64,000 nt of DNA. Source: an uncultured Actinomycetes bacterium (GTDB lineage: Bacteria > Chloroflexota > Dormibacteria > Aeolococcales > Aeolococcaceae). The stretch is from assembly GCA_964618935.1 (NCBI GenBank), contig CAZUDL010000006.1, positions 71,874 to 135,873 of the forward strand, in the 5' to 3' direction. Positions 20,167 through 30,943 of this stretch are shown piece after piece. How positions within the stretch are numbered: position 1 is the first letter of the stretch; each line of letters opens with the position of its first letter. The position numbers and the translations under genes were made by a program. Under the pieces are notes generated by a model. It had not been told where the DNA came from, ran no database searches, and was given only the letters and a program-made list of their open reading frames with translations.

Positions 20167-22497
20167 GTGGCCGGGCTGGCTGATCTCGGGCATGCGGGGG
20201 CAGGAGGTACCGCGATACCGGGACGGGTCGCCGCCCACCGGCGGGGCGCCTCCGACCGCCTCCTCGACGCCGTCCTCCTCCCCTCGCGAGGCTGGGCGCG
20301 GGTGGCGGGGCTTGCGGTGGGCAGGCGGCACGCCTGGGAGTCCCTGGCGGACGCCGCCGGCGACCTCGGCGAGGGTGTCCTGGTCACCGAGGCCGGGCGC
20401 CCGGTTCACGTCAGCCCCGCCTTCGCCGCCTTGACCGGGTACCCGGCCGGAGAGATCCTCGCCATGGACTCGCTGGCCCCGCTCCTCCCCGCGGAGGAGA
20501 GGGAGGCCGGCCTGGCCCTTCTCGGTACGGAGATGGTGAGCAGCGCGGGTCATCGCTTCCCGCTCCAGCTGAGGGCGAAGGGTGGCCGCACCCTGTCGGT
20601 CCAGGTCGCGGCCCGGCCTCTGGCGGGCATCGGGCGGCGCCGCGTCCTCCTCCTGGTTCGCGACGTCACCGCCAACGGCAGGGCGGAGGGGATGCGGGCC
20701 ATGCAGGTGGCCATCACCCGCACCCTCGGCATGACGCCCACCTTCGAGGCCGGCGCGCCTCGCATCCTCGAGGCCGTGGCGCGGGCCATGGGAATGCTGG
20801 GTGGAGAGGTCTGGCTGCTCGACCCCGATCGCGCCGTGCTGACCAGGCGGGCCTGCTGGTGGGCGCCCGGCGTGGACGGCGGCACCTTCGACCAGGAGCG
20901 ATGGGACCTCGACGTGAAGATCGGCGCCGACCTGCCGGGCCGGGCGTGGGCCGCCGCGGCCCCGGTGATCGTCGCCGACCTCGCCCGCATCGCCGACCTG
21001 AGTGGCGGCGGCGCCGCCGCCTCCATGGGGATCACCTCCGGCATCGGGTTTCCGCTGCTCGCCGACGACAGCGTGGTCGGCGTCATCGCCCTGTTCGCCA
21101 GCTCCATGCCCGCCATGAGTCCCGCGGCCGTGGAGATCATGGTCGACTTCGGACGGCAGGCCGGGCACGTGCTGGAGCGGCGCAGGGCCGAGGCGGCGCT
21201 GCGCGACACCATGGCCCGGCTGGCGGAGGTCGCCGCCACCGATCCCCTCACCGGGCTGCGCAACCGGCGAGAGTTCGACCGGCTGCTCGCCACCATCCCA
21301 CGCAAGCGCTTCGCCATCTGCGCCGTCGACGTGGATAACCTCAAGCGCGTGAACGACGGCTTCGGTCACGAGGCCGGGGACGCCCTGCTCCGCGCCGTCG
21401 GCCAGACCATGACGTCCAGCCTCCGCGGCTGGGATGTGGTGGCCCGCATCGGCGGCGACGAGTTCGCCGCGCTGATGGTGGACATCAGCGCCACCGAGAC
21501 CGCCACCGCGGCGGAGAGGCTGCGCCGCACGATCCACTCGATCTCTGTCGCGTCCGGCCAGGCCCGCGTGAGCGTGGGATGGGCGGTCGGGGAGCCAGGG
21601 GCCGACCCCAGGGCGGTCGCCCGGCTTGCCGACACCCACCTGTACCGCGCCAAGGAGGGCGGGCGCGACCGCGTCTCCGGCGGGGAGATCGACCTTCCCT
21701 CCGGCCTCAGCCACCGATCCGAGTGGGCGGCCCGCGTCGACCACGCCCTGGCCCAGCGCGACCTCCGCATGGTGTACCAGCCCATCTGCCGTCTCTCCGA
21801 CGGCACCGTCATCGGCAACGAGGCGCTGGCACGGCCCCACGACATGGGCGCGGGAGACAGCGTCGAGGATCTCTTCGCCGAGGCGCAGCGGATCGGGCGC
21901 ATCCGGGACCTGGACTGGCTCTGCCGCCGGATCGCCATCGCCGACGCCCCCTGGCGCCTGCAGCCCGGCCGCGCCCTGTTCCTCAACGTCAGCGCGCTGA
22001 CCCTGCTCGACCCCGTCCACGGGCCGGACCAGCTCATGCTCGTTCTCAAGGCCGCGGGGGCCCGCCCCGACCTGCTGGTGCTCGAGATCACCGAGCGGGA
22101 GATCATCACCGACCTCGCCCGGGTCCGCCGGGTGCTCGCCTCGTACCGGGCGCTTGGGGTCCGTTTCGCCCTCGACGACGTCGGCGACGGCCACTCGACC
22201 CTCGAGCTGCTGGCCGCCGCCAACCCCGAGTTCATCAAGATCGCCCGCAGCCTGACCATGACCGCGTCGCACTCGGGCTCGCGGGCGGCGATCCGGGCGG
22301 TCGTCTCCTTCGCCAAGGCGAGCGGAGCGTCGGTCATCGCCGAGGGCGTCGAGAACGAGCTGGCCGCGCGGCAGACCAGGGACCTGGGGGCCGAACTCGG
22401 ACAGGGCTGGTGGCTGGCGCGTCCCGTCGAGGCCGACGGCCTCCAGGTCAAAGGCGCCCGATTCCTGGGGCGCCGCCCGGCCACCCGTGCGGGCTGA
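20167..22497 (+). CDS. PAS/GAF sensor diguanylate cyclase/phosphodiesterase (GGDEF-EAL)
   Basis: GGDEF domain: RNRREFDRLL...VDVDNLKRVNDGFGHEAGDALL...ARIGGDEFAAL. EAL domain: MVYQPICRLSDGTVIGNEALARP...DDVGDGHST...EGVE. GTG start with GAGGG Shine-Dalgarno. Confidence 0.85.
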   Translation: MAGLADLGHAGAGGTAIPGRVAAHRRGASDRLLDAVLLPSRGWARVAGLAVGRRHAWESLADAAGDLGEGVLVTEAGRPVHVSPAFAALTGYPAGEILAMDSLAPLLPAEEREAGLALLGTEMVSSAGHRFPLQLRAKGGRTLSVQVAARPLAGIGRRRVLLLVRDVTANGRAEGMRAMQVAITRTLGMTPTFEAGAPRILEAVARAMGMLGGEVWLLDPDRAVLTRRACWWAPGVDGGTFDQERWDLDVKIGADLPGRAWAAAAPVIVADLARIADLSGGGAAASMGITSGIGFPLLADDSVVGVIALFASSMPAMSPAAVEIMVDFGRQAGHVLERRRAEAALRDTMARLAEVAATDPLTGLRNRREFDRLLATIPRKRFAICAVDVDNLKRVNDGFGHEAGDALLRAVGQTMTSSLRGWDVVARIGGDEFAALMVDISATETATAAERLRRTIHSISVASGQARVSVGWAVGEPGADPRAVARLADTHLYRAKEGGRDRVSGGEIDLPSGLSHRSEWAARVDHALAQRDLRMVYQPICRLSDGTVIGNEALARPHDMGAGDSVEDLFAEAQRIGRIRDLDWLCRRIAIADAPWRLQPGRALFLNVSALTLLDPVHGPDQLMLVLKAAGARPDLLVLEITEREIITDLARVRRVLASYRALGVRFALDDVGDGHSTLELLAAANPEFIKIARSLTMTASHSGSRAAIRAVVSFAKASGASVIAEGVENELAARQTRDLGAELGQGWWLARPVEADGLQVKGARFLGRRPATRAG

Positions 22498-22518
22498 CCC
22501 AGGCCGTGTGCCCCGACG

Positions 22519-23247
22519 GTGGGCCGGGGGCGCTCCGGGGACCTCGCGCTAGGGTGGTCCGCCATGGGTGAGATCCGGGTCCACGTCGAATCCGCCTCCC
22601 GCCGCACGTTCGCGGCCGCCCTCGACTGGCCGGGATGGTGCCGCTCAGCGAAGGACGAGGCGGGGGCGCTCACCGCCCTCCTCGCCTACGCGCCCCGCTA
22701 CGCAGCCGTGGCCCGCGACGCCGGACTGCAGCTGCCCGGCGAGCCGGCGCTCCGGGTGGTGGGGCGGGTGCCCGGCTCGACGACGACCGATTTCGGGGCG
22801 CCGGACGTGCCGGCGATCGGCGACGCCGACGCGCTGGCCCCCGGCGAGGCAGCGCGACTGGTGGGACTCGTGGAGGCGTGCTGGAGGCGCTTCGACAGCG
22901 TCGCCGCGGCCAGCCCCGAGATCCTCCGCAGGGGGCCGCGCGGGGGCGGGCGCGATCGCGACGCCATCATCGATCACCTCCTCGCGACCGAGACGTCGCT
23001 GTGCGCCCCCAGGCTGGGGCTGCGCGGGCTGCGCGCCGCCAGGGGCGACGACGCCGGCATCACCGCCATGCGGGCCGCCATCGCCGCCGCCCTGGGCCCG
23101 GCTCCTCCCCCGCCGGGGGTCGGCCGGCCCGGCTGGCCGCCCCGCTACGCCGCCCGACGCATCGCCTGGCACGCCCTCGACCACGCCTGGGAGATGGAGG
23201 ACCGCGGCATCGTCTCGCCCGGGGAGGCCGGCAACCCCACCCGGTGA
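22519..23247 (+). CDS. hypothetical protein (possibly DinB/YfiT-like His-rich fold)
   Basis: No strong motif. DHLLATE...AWHALDHAWEMED His cluster. Start could be MGEIRVHVE. Confidence 0.45.
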   Translation: MGRGRSGDLALGWSAMGEIRVHVESASRRTFAAALDWPGWCRSAKDEAGALTALLAYAPRYAAVARDAGLQLPGEPALRVVGRVPGSTTTDFGAPDVPAIGDADALAPGEAARLVGLVEACWRRFDSVAAASPEILRRGPRGGGRDRDAIIDHLLATETSLCAPRLGLRGLRAARGDDAGITAMRAAIAAALGPAPPPPGVGRPGWPPRYAARRIAWHALDHAWEMEDRGIVSPGEAGNPTR

Positions 23248-23394
23248 GCCCCACTGCGCCCGGCACGCGCCGGGCCGGGTCGAAGACACCGGGCACCCGA
23301 TGCGCTGCAACGACGGGTGCCGTCCGCCCGGGTCCGCGACCGGGAGGCCCGGGACCGGAGCGCGCCCGCCCCGGTCCCGCGATCCTCCCTCAGC

Positions 23395-24078
23395 TCAGAT
23401 GCCCGGTTCGGTGACGCAGATCCAGCTCTCGGTGATGGTCTCGGTCTGACCGTTGCCGCCGCTGTTGATCAGCGTGGCCTTCAGCGTGCCCGATCCGTCC
23501 GCGTTCACCTGGGCGGTGACCGACGAGGCGGCTTCGTTGTCGTTGTCCCAGTCGGTGTCGCCGTAGCTGGCGAACTCGTACAGGCTGGTCGACGGGTACG
23601 ACCCGGGGCCCGTGTAGGGCCCGATGTTGAAACCGAACTCGAGGTCGTTGCCGTTGACGGTGATGTCGGCCTCTGACGCGTCGGGTGCCGGCAGGACCTC
23701 GCTGGCCGCACCGGTCGTCTGCTCACCGTTGGTCACCCAGTCGGTGCAGCTGACCGCTCCGTTGCCCTCCCCGTCGTCGTAGAAGCCGCCGCTCGCGGTC
23801 ACCTCGCCGGCCATCGTGTAGCAGCTGATGAGGGTGACCCCGCTGGGCGGGAAGTCGGCGGCGGCCACCTGGCAGCCGCCCGGCCCGGCGGTCGGCCCGC
23901 CCGCGGTGGCCGGTGTCGGCGTGGCCGCGGCGGTGGTCGTGATCGGCGTCGACGAGGTCCCTCCCGCGGGCGGCGTCGACCCCGACGAGTTGCTGGGCGT
24001 CTGCACGGAGATGCCGCACGACGAGATGACGAGGGCCATCCCGGCCAGGAAAAGGGGGAGGAGGGCGCGATTTCTCAT
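23395..24078 (-). CDS. Thr/Ser/Asn-rich secreted lipoprotein
   Basis: MRNRALLPLFLAGMALVISSCG lipobox, then TPPAGGTSSTPITTTAAATPTP linker. 227 aa. The upstream part of ORF 23395..24987 overlaps rplS and is rejected. Confidence 0.6.
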   Translation of the reverse strand: MRNRALLPLFLAGMALVISSCGISVQTPSNSSGSTPPAGGTSSTPITTTAAATPTPATAGGPTAGPGGCQVAAADFPPSGVTLISCYTMAGEVTASGGFYDDGEGNGAVSCTDWVTNGEQTTGAASEVLPAPDASEADITVNGNDLEFGFNIGPYTGPGSYPSTSLYEFASYGDTDWDNDNEAASSVTAQVNADGSGTLKATLINSGGNGQTETITESWICVTEPGI

Positions 24079-24544
24079 GGGCAAGGAATGGTAGAGGTTC
24101 GATGGGGGTGACAGGCGACGCTTCCCCGGCCACCGCCCGATCGCGATCGGTCGGGGCCCGGGCCACCGCCCAGCCCCGACGGCGTTGCGGATGCGGTCGC
24201 AGCACCGCGCTCCCCGGTCGCCACCGAGCTGAGGGACGACGACGTCGATGCGGCACGGCTGATCGGCTCGGCCGGTCGCCGCCCGCACGGCGCCGAGGAG
24301 CATCCCGAAGTTCGCCTGCCTGCGCCGGTCCACCGCCTGCCGCGGCGGGCCGTCACCTCCGCCGCCAGAGGATCCCGCGCTCCTCGCACGGGGCGTCCAG
24401 CCGCCCGCACGGCAGCGCCGGTCGCGGGCGAGCACGGGCATTCCCCGCACCTCGAGGTGACCACCACCGCCCCGGCCATCCCGGCACGCCGCCGCGATGG
24501 CGGCGGCGTGACCGCCCCCCGGCCCCCGTCCTGTCCGCGGACGG

Positions 24545-25048
24545 TCAGACGTTGCCGGGCTCGGCCTCCACGTCGGGCTGGGTGGGCGTCTGGTCCTCGA
24601 CGTCCAGGTCGTCCGCCGCCGGCGTCTCGCCGGCGCTCTCCGCTGTCTCGGGCAGAGCGGCGCGGGCGTGGCTGACCGAGGTGGCCTCGGCGCCCACGGG
24701 CTGGCGGCGCTCGCGGATTCGGGCCCGCTTGCCCACCTTCTCGCGCAAGTAGTAGAGCTTGGCGCGCCGGACCTCGCCGTGGCGGAGGACCTCGATCCTG
24801 TCGATCCGCGGCGAATGGAGCAGGAAGGTGCGCTCCACGCCCACGCCGTGCGAGGCGATGCGCCGGACGGTGAAGCTGGTGGCGGTCCCGATCTTGCCGT
24901 TGACGGCGATGACCACGCCCTCGAAGACCTGGATGCGCTCGCGGGTGCCCTCGACGACCTTGACGTGGACGCGGACCGTGTCGCCACTGCGCAGCACCGG
25001 CACCTCGGGCTTCTCCTGCTCGCGCTTCAGGAGCTCGATGACGTTCAC
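24545..25048 (-). CDS. rplS: 50S ribosomal protein L19 with acidic C-terminal extension
   Basis: [75 protein letters not shown]. Confidence 0.9.
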   Translation of the reverse strand: MNVIELLKREQEKPEVPVLRSGDTVRVHVKVVEGTRERIQVFEGVVIAVNGKIGTATSFTVRRIASHGVGVERTFLLHSPRIDRIEVLRHGEVRRAKLYYLREKVGKRARIRERRQPVGAEATSVSHARAALPETAESAGETPAADDLDVEDQTPTQPDVEAEPGNV

Positions 25049-25752
25049 TGTGTACCTCCAGCTATCGTGCGGGACCCTAACAGATCGGGTCGCCGGCGGC
25101 TTGTCGATTCATGGCTCTGCTGCCGGCGCCAGGCGGCGATGGCGGCGTGGTTACCACTGCGCAGCACCTCGGGAACCGTCCGGCCCTCGAAATCCGCGGG
25201 ACGGGTGTAGAGGGGGGCCTCCAGGCCCCCACCGGCGGCCTCGGAGAAGGTCTCGTCGGCCAGCGACTCGGGGGATCCGACGACGCCGGGAAGGAGCCGG
25301 GCCACCGCGTCCACCACCGCCATGGCGGCGATCTCCCCCCCGCTCAGCACGTAGTCGCCGACGCTCAGCTCCTCGCCGATCTCCTCGCGCGCCCGCTCGT
25401 CGACGCCCTGGTAGCGGCCGCAGACGAGCAGCAGCGCGCTCTCCCCGGCGAGTTCGCGCGCGACATCCTGGTCGAGGCGCCGCCCCTGGGGGGACAGCAG
25501 GATGCTGCGCAGCCCCGGCACCTCGGCGCGGAGCCGGCGCACCGCCCGGATGAGCGGCTCGGGCTTGAGGATCATCCCCGGGCCGCCGCCGAAGGCGATG
25601 TCGTCGACCTGGCGGTGCCGGTCCCGCGTGAAGTCGCGGAGATCGTGGACGGTGAGGACGACGTCGCCGCTCTCCCGTGCCCGGCCCACGACGCCGACGC
25701 CGAGGGGCCCGGGGAAGACCTCGGGGAAGATGGTGAGGATGTCGAAGCGCAC
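25045..25752 (-). CDS. trmD: tRNA (guanine37-N1)-methyltransferase
   Basis: [13 protein letters not shown]...[12 protein letters not shown]...[14 protein letters not shown]...[31 protein letters not shown] start a few nt after rimM stop. Confidence 0.85.
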   Translation of the reverse strand: MRFDILTIFPEVFPGPLGVGVVGRARESGDVVLTVHDLRDFTRDRHRQVDDIAFGGGPGMILKPEPLIRAVRRLRAEVPGLRSILLSPQGRRLDQDVARELAGESALLLVCGRYQGVDERAREEIGEELSVGDYVLSGGEIAAMAVVDAVARLLPGVVGSPESLADETFSEAAGGGLEAPLYTRPADFEGRTVPEVLRSGNHAAIAAWRRQQSHESTSRRRPDLLGSRTIAGGTQ

Positions 25753-25757
25753 CGCCC

Positions 25758-26300
25758 CTACTCCTCCTCGTCCCAGGGGGTGAGGACGATGCGGCCCCCG
25801 GCGAGGTCGATCTCGGTGACGAACGCCGACACCATGGGGAAGCGGCGCTCCGCCGTCCCCCTGCCGACCACCAGGATGTCGTGGGCCGGTCCCGACTCGA
25901 TGTCGGTCACCTCGCCGAGGGCGCGGCCCTGCGCGTCGACGGCGGCCAGGCCCACCAGCTGCCAGACGAACCACTCGCCGGGCGGGAGGTGCCGGACGGC
26001 CTGCGGCCGGACGCAGAGGTAGGCGCCGCGCAGCGGCGCCGCCGCCTCCGGCGTGTCGATGCCGTCGAAGCTGACCAGCAACTCGTCACCGGCGACGCCG
26101 CGGGCGGAGCGCACGGTGAGGACGGTGCCGGTCTGCTCGACGGTCAGCTTCACCCCGCGACGGAAGCGGCGCGCGTCACCACCCAGGCTCTCCACGCTCA
26201 GCTCGCCGCGGACGCCGTGGGGACGGCGCACCCGGGCGGCGCGGAGCAGGGTGGGACTGGACGGGCGAGGCCCGGCCGCTCCTCGGGGACCGCGGCTCAT
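25758..26300 (-). CDS. rimM: 16S rRNA processing protein RimM
   Basis: HGVRGELSVESL...PRC-barrel ...GEWFVWQLVGLAAVDAQGRALGEVTDI. ATGA overlap with KH-protein stop. Confidence 0.8.
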   Translation of the reverse strand: MSRGPRGAAGPRPSSPTLLRAARVRRPHGVRGELSVESLGGDARRFRRGVKLTVEQTGTVLTVRSARGVAGDELLVSFDGIDTPEAAAPLRGAYLCVRPQAVRHLPPGEWFVWQLVGLAAVDAQGRALGEVTDIESGPAHDILVVGRGTAERRFPMVSAFVTEIDLAGGRIVLTPWDEEE

Positions 26301-26542
26301 CGCTGCTCGGCGACCTCCACCTGGACCCGCTCGTGGGCACGCAGCCCCGCGGCGCGGACCACGGCGCGGACGGCGTCGATGTTGCGGCCGCCCTTGCCGA
26401 TGAGCTTGCCGATGTCGGACTCCGCGACCCCCACCTCGATGATCGTGGTGCGGCCGTGGGGCAGGGCGCGAACGTTCACCGCCTCCGGGGCGCTGACCAT
26501 TCGCTCGACGATGAAGCGGGTGAGGTCCACGTAGTCGGTCAC
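26297..26542 (-). CDS. KH-domain RNA-binding protein (YlqC/UPF0109)
   Basis: [25 protein letters not shown] motif. 81 aa, between rpsP and rimM as in Bacillota. Confidence 0.8.
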   Translation of the reverse strand: MTDYVDLTRFIVERMVSAPEAVNVRALPHGRTTIIEVGVAESDIGKLIGKGGRNIDAVRAVVRAAGLRAHERVQVEVAEQR

Positions 26543-26976
26543 TTGCCGGTCTTCCCGGCTCCCGGAGCCGCCTCCGCCACGGAAGCCGCCTCGTCGGTTG
26601 CCGCTGCGGCGGGCGCGTCCGCCACCCCGGCGGCCACCTCGTCAGCCTGCGGCGCGGCCGCCGGGGACTGCACCTCGGTCACCGCCGGCGTCTCCACCGC
26701 CTCGGAGGCCGCGGCGTGGCTCCGCCGGCTGTTGGCGGGCAGGATGCCCTGGGCGACGAGCAGGTCGCGGGCGCTGTCGCTGGGCCGGGCGCCCTTGCGC
26801 AGCCACTCGCGGACGCGGTCGGCGTCGATCTGCACCGACGCGGGCACGGGGAGCGGGTCGTAGAAGCCGAGCGCCTCGATGAAGCGCCCGTCACGCGGGC
26901 TGCGCGAGTCGGCGACCACCAGGCGGTAGAAGGGACGCTTCGTCGTCCCCATCCTCTTCAGCCGGATCTTGACCAA
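26539..26976 (-). CDS. rpsP: 30S ribosomal protein S16 with Ala-rich C-terminal extension
   Basis: TTG start (AAAGGAGAG Shine-Dalgarno) giving [41 protein letters not shown]. Confidence 0.85.
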   Translation of the reverse strand: MVKIRLKRMGTTKRPFYRLVVADSRSPRDGRFIEALGFYDPLPVPASVQIDADRVREWLRKGARPSDSARDLLVAQGILPANSRRSHAAASEAVETPAVTEVQSPAAAPQADEVAAGVADAPAAAATDEAASVAEAAPGAGKTGK

Positions 26977-27070
26977 GGCCTCTCCTTTTGGTGAGCCCGG
27001 CACGGGTGGCCGGGTGACAGCGGGTGGGTGATCCTCATCGGGTGCATGCCGGTCATCGGGTTCGGCGTCC

Positions 27071-28456
27071 TCACGGCGTCGGCAGCCCGAACTGCGAGGG
27101 GTCCATGCCGCGCAGCTGGCGCAGCATGCGGGCCTTGCTGCGCACGCCCTTGCCGGTCCCCTTGCCGCCCATCGCCTTCATCATCGACTGCATCTGCTCG
27201 AAGCCCTTGAGCAGCCGGTTGACGTCGGCCATGGTGGTGCCACTGCCCAGCGCGACGCGGCGGCGCCGCGAGTTCTTCAGCAGCTCGGGATGGATGCGCT
27301 CGTGGGCCGTCATGGAGAGCACGATGGCCTCCATCCGCGACAGGTCCTTCTCCGTCGGGACCATGCCGCCCGCCTGCTTGAGCATCTGGCGGCCGCCGGG
27401 CAGCATGCCGAGGATGCCCTCCAGCGGGCCCATGTTGCGGAGCTGGCGCATCTGCTCCAGCCAGTCGTTCATGGTGAAGCGGCCCTGCAGCAGGCGCGTC
27501 GCCGCCTCCTCCGCCTTCTTCTCGCTCATCTGCGACTGGGCCCGCTCGACGAGGGTGAGGATGTCGCCCATGCCGAGGATGCGCGATGCCATCCGCTCCG
27601 GCTGGAAGGGTTCCAGCTCCGAGACCTTCTCCCCCACCCCGGTGAAGAGGATGGGCTTGCCCATCGCCTCCTTCATGGAGAGCGCCGCACCGCCCCGGGC
27701 GTCGCCGTCGAGCTTGGTCAGGATCACGCCGTCGACGCCCACCTGATGGTCGAATTCGCGGGCGACGTTCACCGCCTCCTGCCCGGTCATGGCGTCGACC
27801 ACCAGCACCGTGTCGTGGACGGTCAGCTTCTTCCTGATGTCCTTCAGCTCGTCCAGCATCACCTGGTCGATCTGCAGGCGACCGGCGGTGTCGAGGATGA
27901 CCACGTCGCAGTTGAACCGCCTGGCCTCGTCCAGCCCGCGGCGGCAGAGTTCGGCGGGCTTGCTCTTGCCGTCGGGCATGGCCACGGGGATCTGGTTGTC
28001 CTTGCCCAGCTTCTCCAGCTGCTGCGCGGCGGCCGGGCGGTGCGTGTCGGCGGCGACCAGGAGGGGGCGGTGACCCTCGCGCCGAGTCGCCAGCGCGAGC
28101 TTGGCGCAGGTGGTCGTCTTGCCGCTGCCCTGGAGGCCGATGAGCATCACCACGGTGGGCGGCTGCGGCTGGTAGTGGAGCTTGCGCTGCTCGCCGCCGA
28201 GCGTGGTCACCAGCTCCTCGTTGACGATCTTCACGATCTGCTGCCCCGGGGTCAGCGACTCGAGGACGTCGGCGCCGACCGCGCGCTCGCGGATGCGGTC
28301 GACCAGCGCGCGCGCAACCTTGAAGTTGACGTCGGCCTCGAGCAGGGCGAGGCGCACCTCGCGCATGCCCAGCTCGACCTCCTCCCTGGTCAGGCGGCCG
28401 CGCCCGCTCAGGGATTTGAAGATCTCGCCGAGCCGGTCGGAGAGGGAGTCGAACAT
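27071..28456 (-). CDS. ffh: signal recognition particle protein Ffh
   Basis: [20 protein letters not shown]...[16 protein letters not shown]...DTAGRL...[10 protein letters not shown]...Met-rich M domain. ATG 28456 verified in sequence. Confidence 0.9.
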   Translation of the reverse strand: MFDSLSDRLGEIFKSLSGRGRLTREEVELGMREVRLALLEADVNFKVARALVDRIRERAVGADVLESLTPGQQIVKIVNEELVTTLGGEQRKLHYQPQPPTVVMLIGLQGSGKTTTCAKLALATRREGHRPLLVAADTHRPAAAQQLEKLGKDNQIPVAMPDGKSKPAELCRRGLDEARRFNCDVVILDTAGRLQIDQVMLDELKDIRKKLTVHDTVLVVDAMTGQEAVNVAREFDHQVGVDGVILTKLDGDARGGAALSMKEAMGKPILFTGVGEKVSELEPFQPERMASRILGMGDILTLVERAQSQMSEKKAEEAATRLLQGRFTMNDWLEQMRQLRNMGPLEGILGMLPGGRQMLKQAGGMVPTEKDLSRMEAIVLSMTAHERIHPELLKNSRRRRVALGSGTTMADVNRLLKGFEQMQSMMKAMGGKGTGKGVRSKARMLRQLRGMDPSQFGLPTP

Positions 28457-28457
28457 G

Positions 28458-28814
28458 TCAGTCGGCCCGGGAGCGCAGCCGCGCGATGCGGGTCCGCAGC
28501 TCGCTCTCGATGGCATCGCGGCGCGCCAGCTCCCGGGCGTGCCCCAGGCTCTCCTCGAAGTGCTCCAGCTGGGCCAGGGCCCGCCGGACCAGGTCATGGG
28601 CGCCGCTGCGGCTGCAGCCCAGGTGCTCGGCCAGCTCGCTGAACGACCAGTCCTGGTCGAGATGGAGGTGGCAGGCGAGCCGCTGGTGCTCGGTCAGCAG
28701 CGGTCCGTACACGTCGAGGAGCCGCTGCAGGCGGGCGTTCCGGGCCAGCGCGTCGCGCGCCACCTCGCCCGGCGCGGCCGGGGGGCGGGAGCTCATCGTC
28801 GCTGTCAAGGGCAA
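28458..28814 (-). CDS. ylxM: YlxM/UPF0122 putative HTH protein encoded upstream of ffh
   Basis: LLDVYGPLLTEHQRLACHLHLDQDWSFSELAEHLGCSRSGAHDLVRRAL sigma-70 region-4-like HTH. Position immediately 5' of ffh is typical for Bacillota. Confidence 0.7.
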   Translation of the reverse strand: MPLTATMSSRPPAAPGEVARDALARNARLQRLLDVYGPLLTEHQRLACHLHLDQDWSFSELAEHLGCSRSGAHDLVRRALAQLEHFEESLGHARELARRDAIESELRTRIARLRSRAD

Positions 28815-29053
28815 AGCCTGGACAGTGTACCGGTCCGGGCCGCCCGCGGGTGGCCACCGGGTCGGTGATGGTCACCCGACAGCTGAAGCCCGATCGTGGT
28901 GACCGCCATTGTCTACCAATCAGGTAGTCTTATGGCATGACCGCGTCATCGCGCGCCGCCCCGGCTTCGCGGCCCGGCGCCGAGCGCGGAGAATGGCATG
29001 TCACCGATGCCCCGCCGCAGCGGCGGGCATCCTCCCCGGCTTCAGGAGCCACC

Positions 29054-29929
29054 ATGCCGACGCTGACCGACGCATCCATCTCCAGCGATCCCCAGGAGTT
29101 CGACGGCGCCTTCGTCCGAGCGCTCGTCGAGGGCCGCTCCGGCGTGGTCGCCAAACTCCCCTCCAAGCGGAAGATCGACGCGGTCATCGAGAGCATCCTC
29201 GGCCTCCTCTTCCCGCAGCACACGGCGGACGTCGAGGCGACGCAGGAGCAACTGGTCGCCCGCCTGACCCTGCTCCGCGGCGACCTCTCCCGCATGCTCG
29301 GCAGCGTCGTCCCGCGCCAGCACGCGGCGGCCCTGGCGACGCGCTTCATCGAGAGGCTGCCGGAGATCCACACGCACCTCCGCGAGGACGCGGAGGCGAT
29401 CATGCAGGGCGACCCGGCGGCGGAGAGCCTCGACGAGGTCATCGTCGCCTACCCCGGCTTCCTCGCCATCGCCGTCCACCGCGTGGCCCACGAGCTGCAC
29501 GCCCTCGGCGTCCCCGTCCTCCCCCGCCTCCTCTCCGAGGCGGCGCACGCCAGGACGGGCATCGACATCCACCCCGGCGCCAGCATCGGGCGCTCCTTGT
29601 GCATCGACCACGGCACCGGCATCGTCATCGGCGAGACGGCGGTGATCGGCGACAACGTCAAGCTGTACCAGGGGGTGACGCTGGGTGCGCTCAGCGTCTC
29701 CAAGGCGGCGGCCGGCTCCAAGCGCCATCCCACCATCGAGGACCGCGTCGTCATCTACGCCAACGCCACCGTCCTCGGCGGCGACACCACGGTGGGCCAC
29801 GACACGGTGATCGGCGGCAACGTCTGGCTCACCACCAGCGTGCCGCCGGGGTCGTTCGTCCACCACACCAGCCAGGTGACCGTGCGCAGCGTGGCCGACA
29901 CGCTGGCCAGCTCCGACTATTCGATCTGA
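29054..29929 (+). CDS. cysE: serine O-acetyltransferase
   Basis: SAT N-terminal domain plus hexapeptide repeats IDIHPGASIGRSLCIDHGTGIVIGETAVIGDNVKLYQGVTLG. ATG with AGGAG Shine-Dalgarno. Confidence 0.85.
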   Translation: MPTLTDASISSDPQEFDGAFVRALVEGRSGVVAKLPSKRKIDAVIESILGLLFPQHTADVEATQEQLVARLTLLRGDLSRMLGSVVPRQHAAALATRFIERLPEIHTHLREDAEAIMQGDPAAESLDEVIVAYPGFLAIAVHRVAHELHALGVPVLPRLLSEAAHARTGIDIHPGASIGRSLCIDHGTGIVIGETAVIGDNVKLYQGVTLGALSVSKAAAGSKRHPTIEDRVVIYANATVLGGDTTVGHDTVIGGNVWLTTSVPPGSFVHHTSQVTVRSVADTLASSDYSI

Positions 29930-29950
29930 CAGTGGAGGAGGGAACCATCC

Positions 29951-30868
<918 letters not shown>

Positions 30869-30911
30869 CCCGCAGCGGCCGGCATGGCCTAATCGTCTGA
30901 CGCCGGATCAT

Positions 30912-30928
30912 CCCCGGAGCGCCCGGGG
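30912..30928. terminator. GC hairpin CCCCGG-agcgc-CCGGGG between convergent cysK and ftsY (candidate bidirectional terminator, no U-tract)
   Basis: Seen in sequence. 6-bp GC stem, 5-nt loop. Confidence 0.3.
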
Positions 30929-30943
30929 TGCTGGATGGGCCGC

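Noticed and set aside
19936-22272. 778-aa minus-strand ORF
   Set aside because: Antisense to the GGDEF-EAL gene, whose domain motifs are unambiguous on the plus strand.
23281-23380. two GC hairpins with 12-14-nt loops between the convergent hypothetical and lipoprotein genes
   Set aside because: Loops are too large and there is no U-tract for a confident intrinsic terminator call.
24079-24544. small ORFs and palindromes (CCGATCGCGATCGG at ~24137; GTCCGCGGAC at ~24533) between rplS and the lipoprotein gene
   Set aside because: The ORFs are GC-artefact-like. The palindromes are short, lack U-tracts and have no clear function. Probably a plain intergenic or promoter region.
28815-29053. full T-box leader upstream of cysE
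   Set aside because: Only a partial resemblance to the T-box core. No identifiable specifier loop or terminator/antiterminator pair. Kept only as a low-confidence regulatory-region finding.
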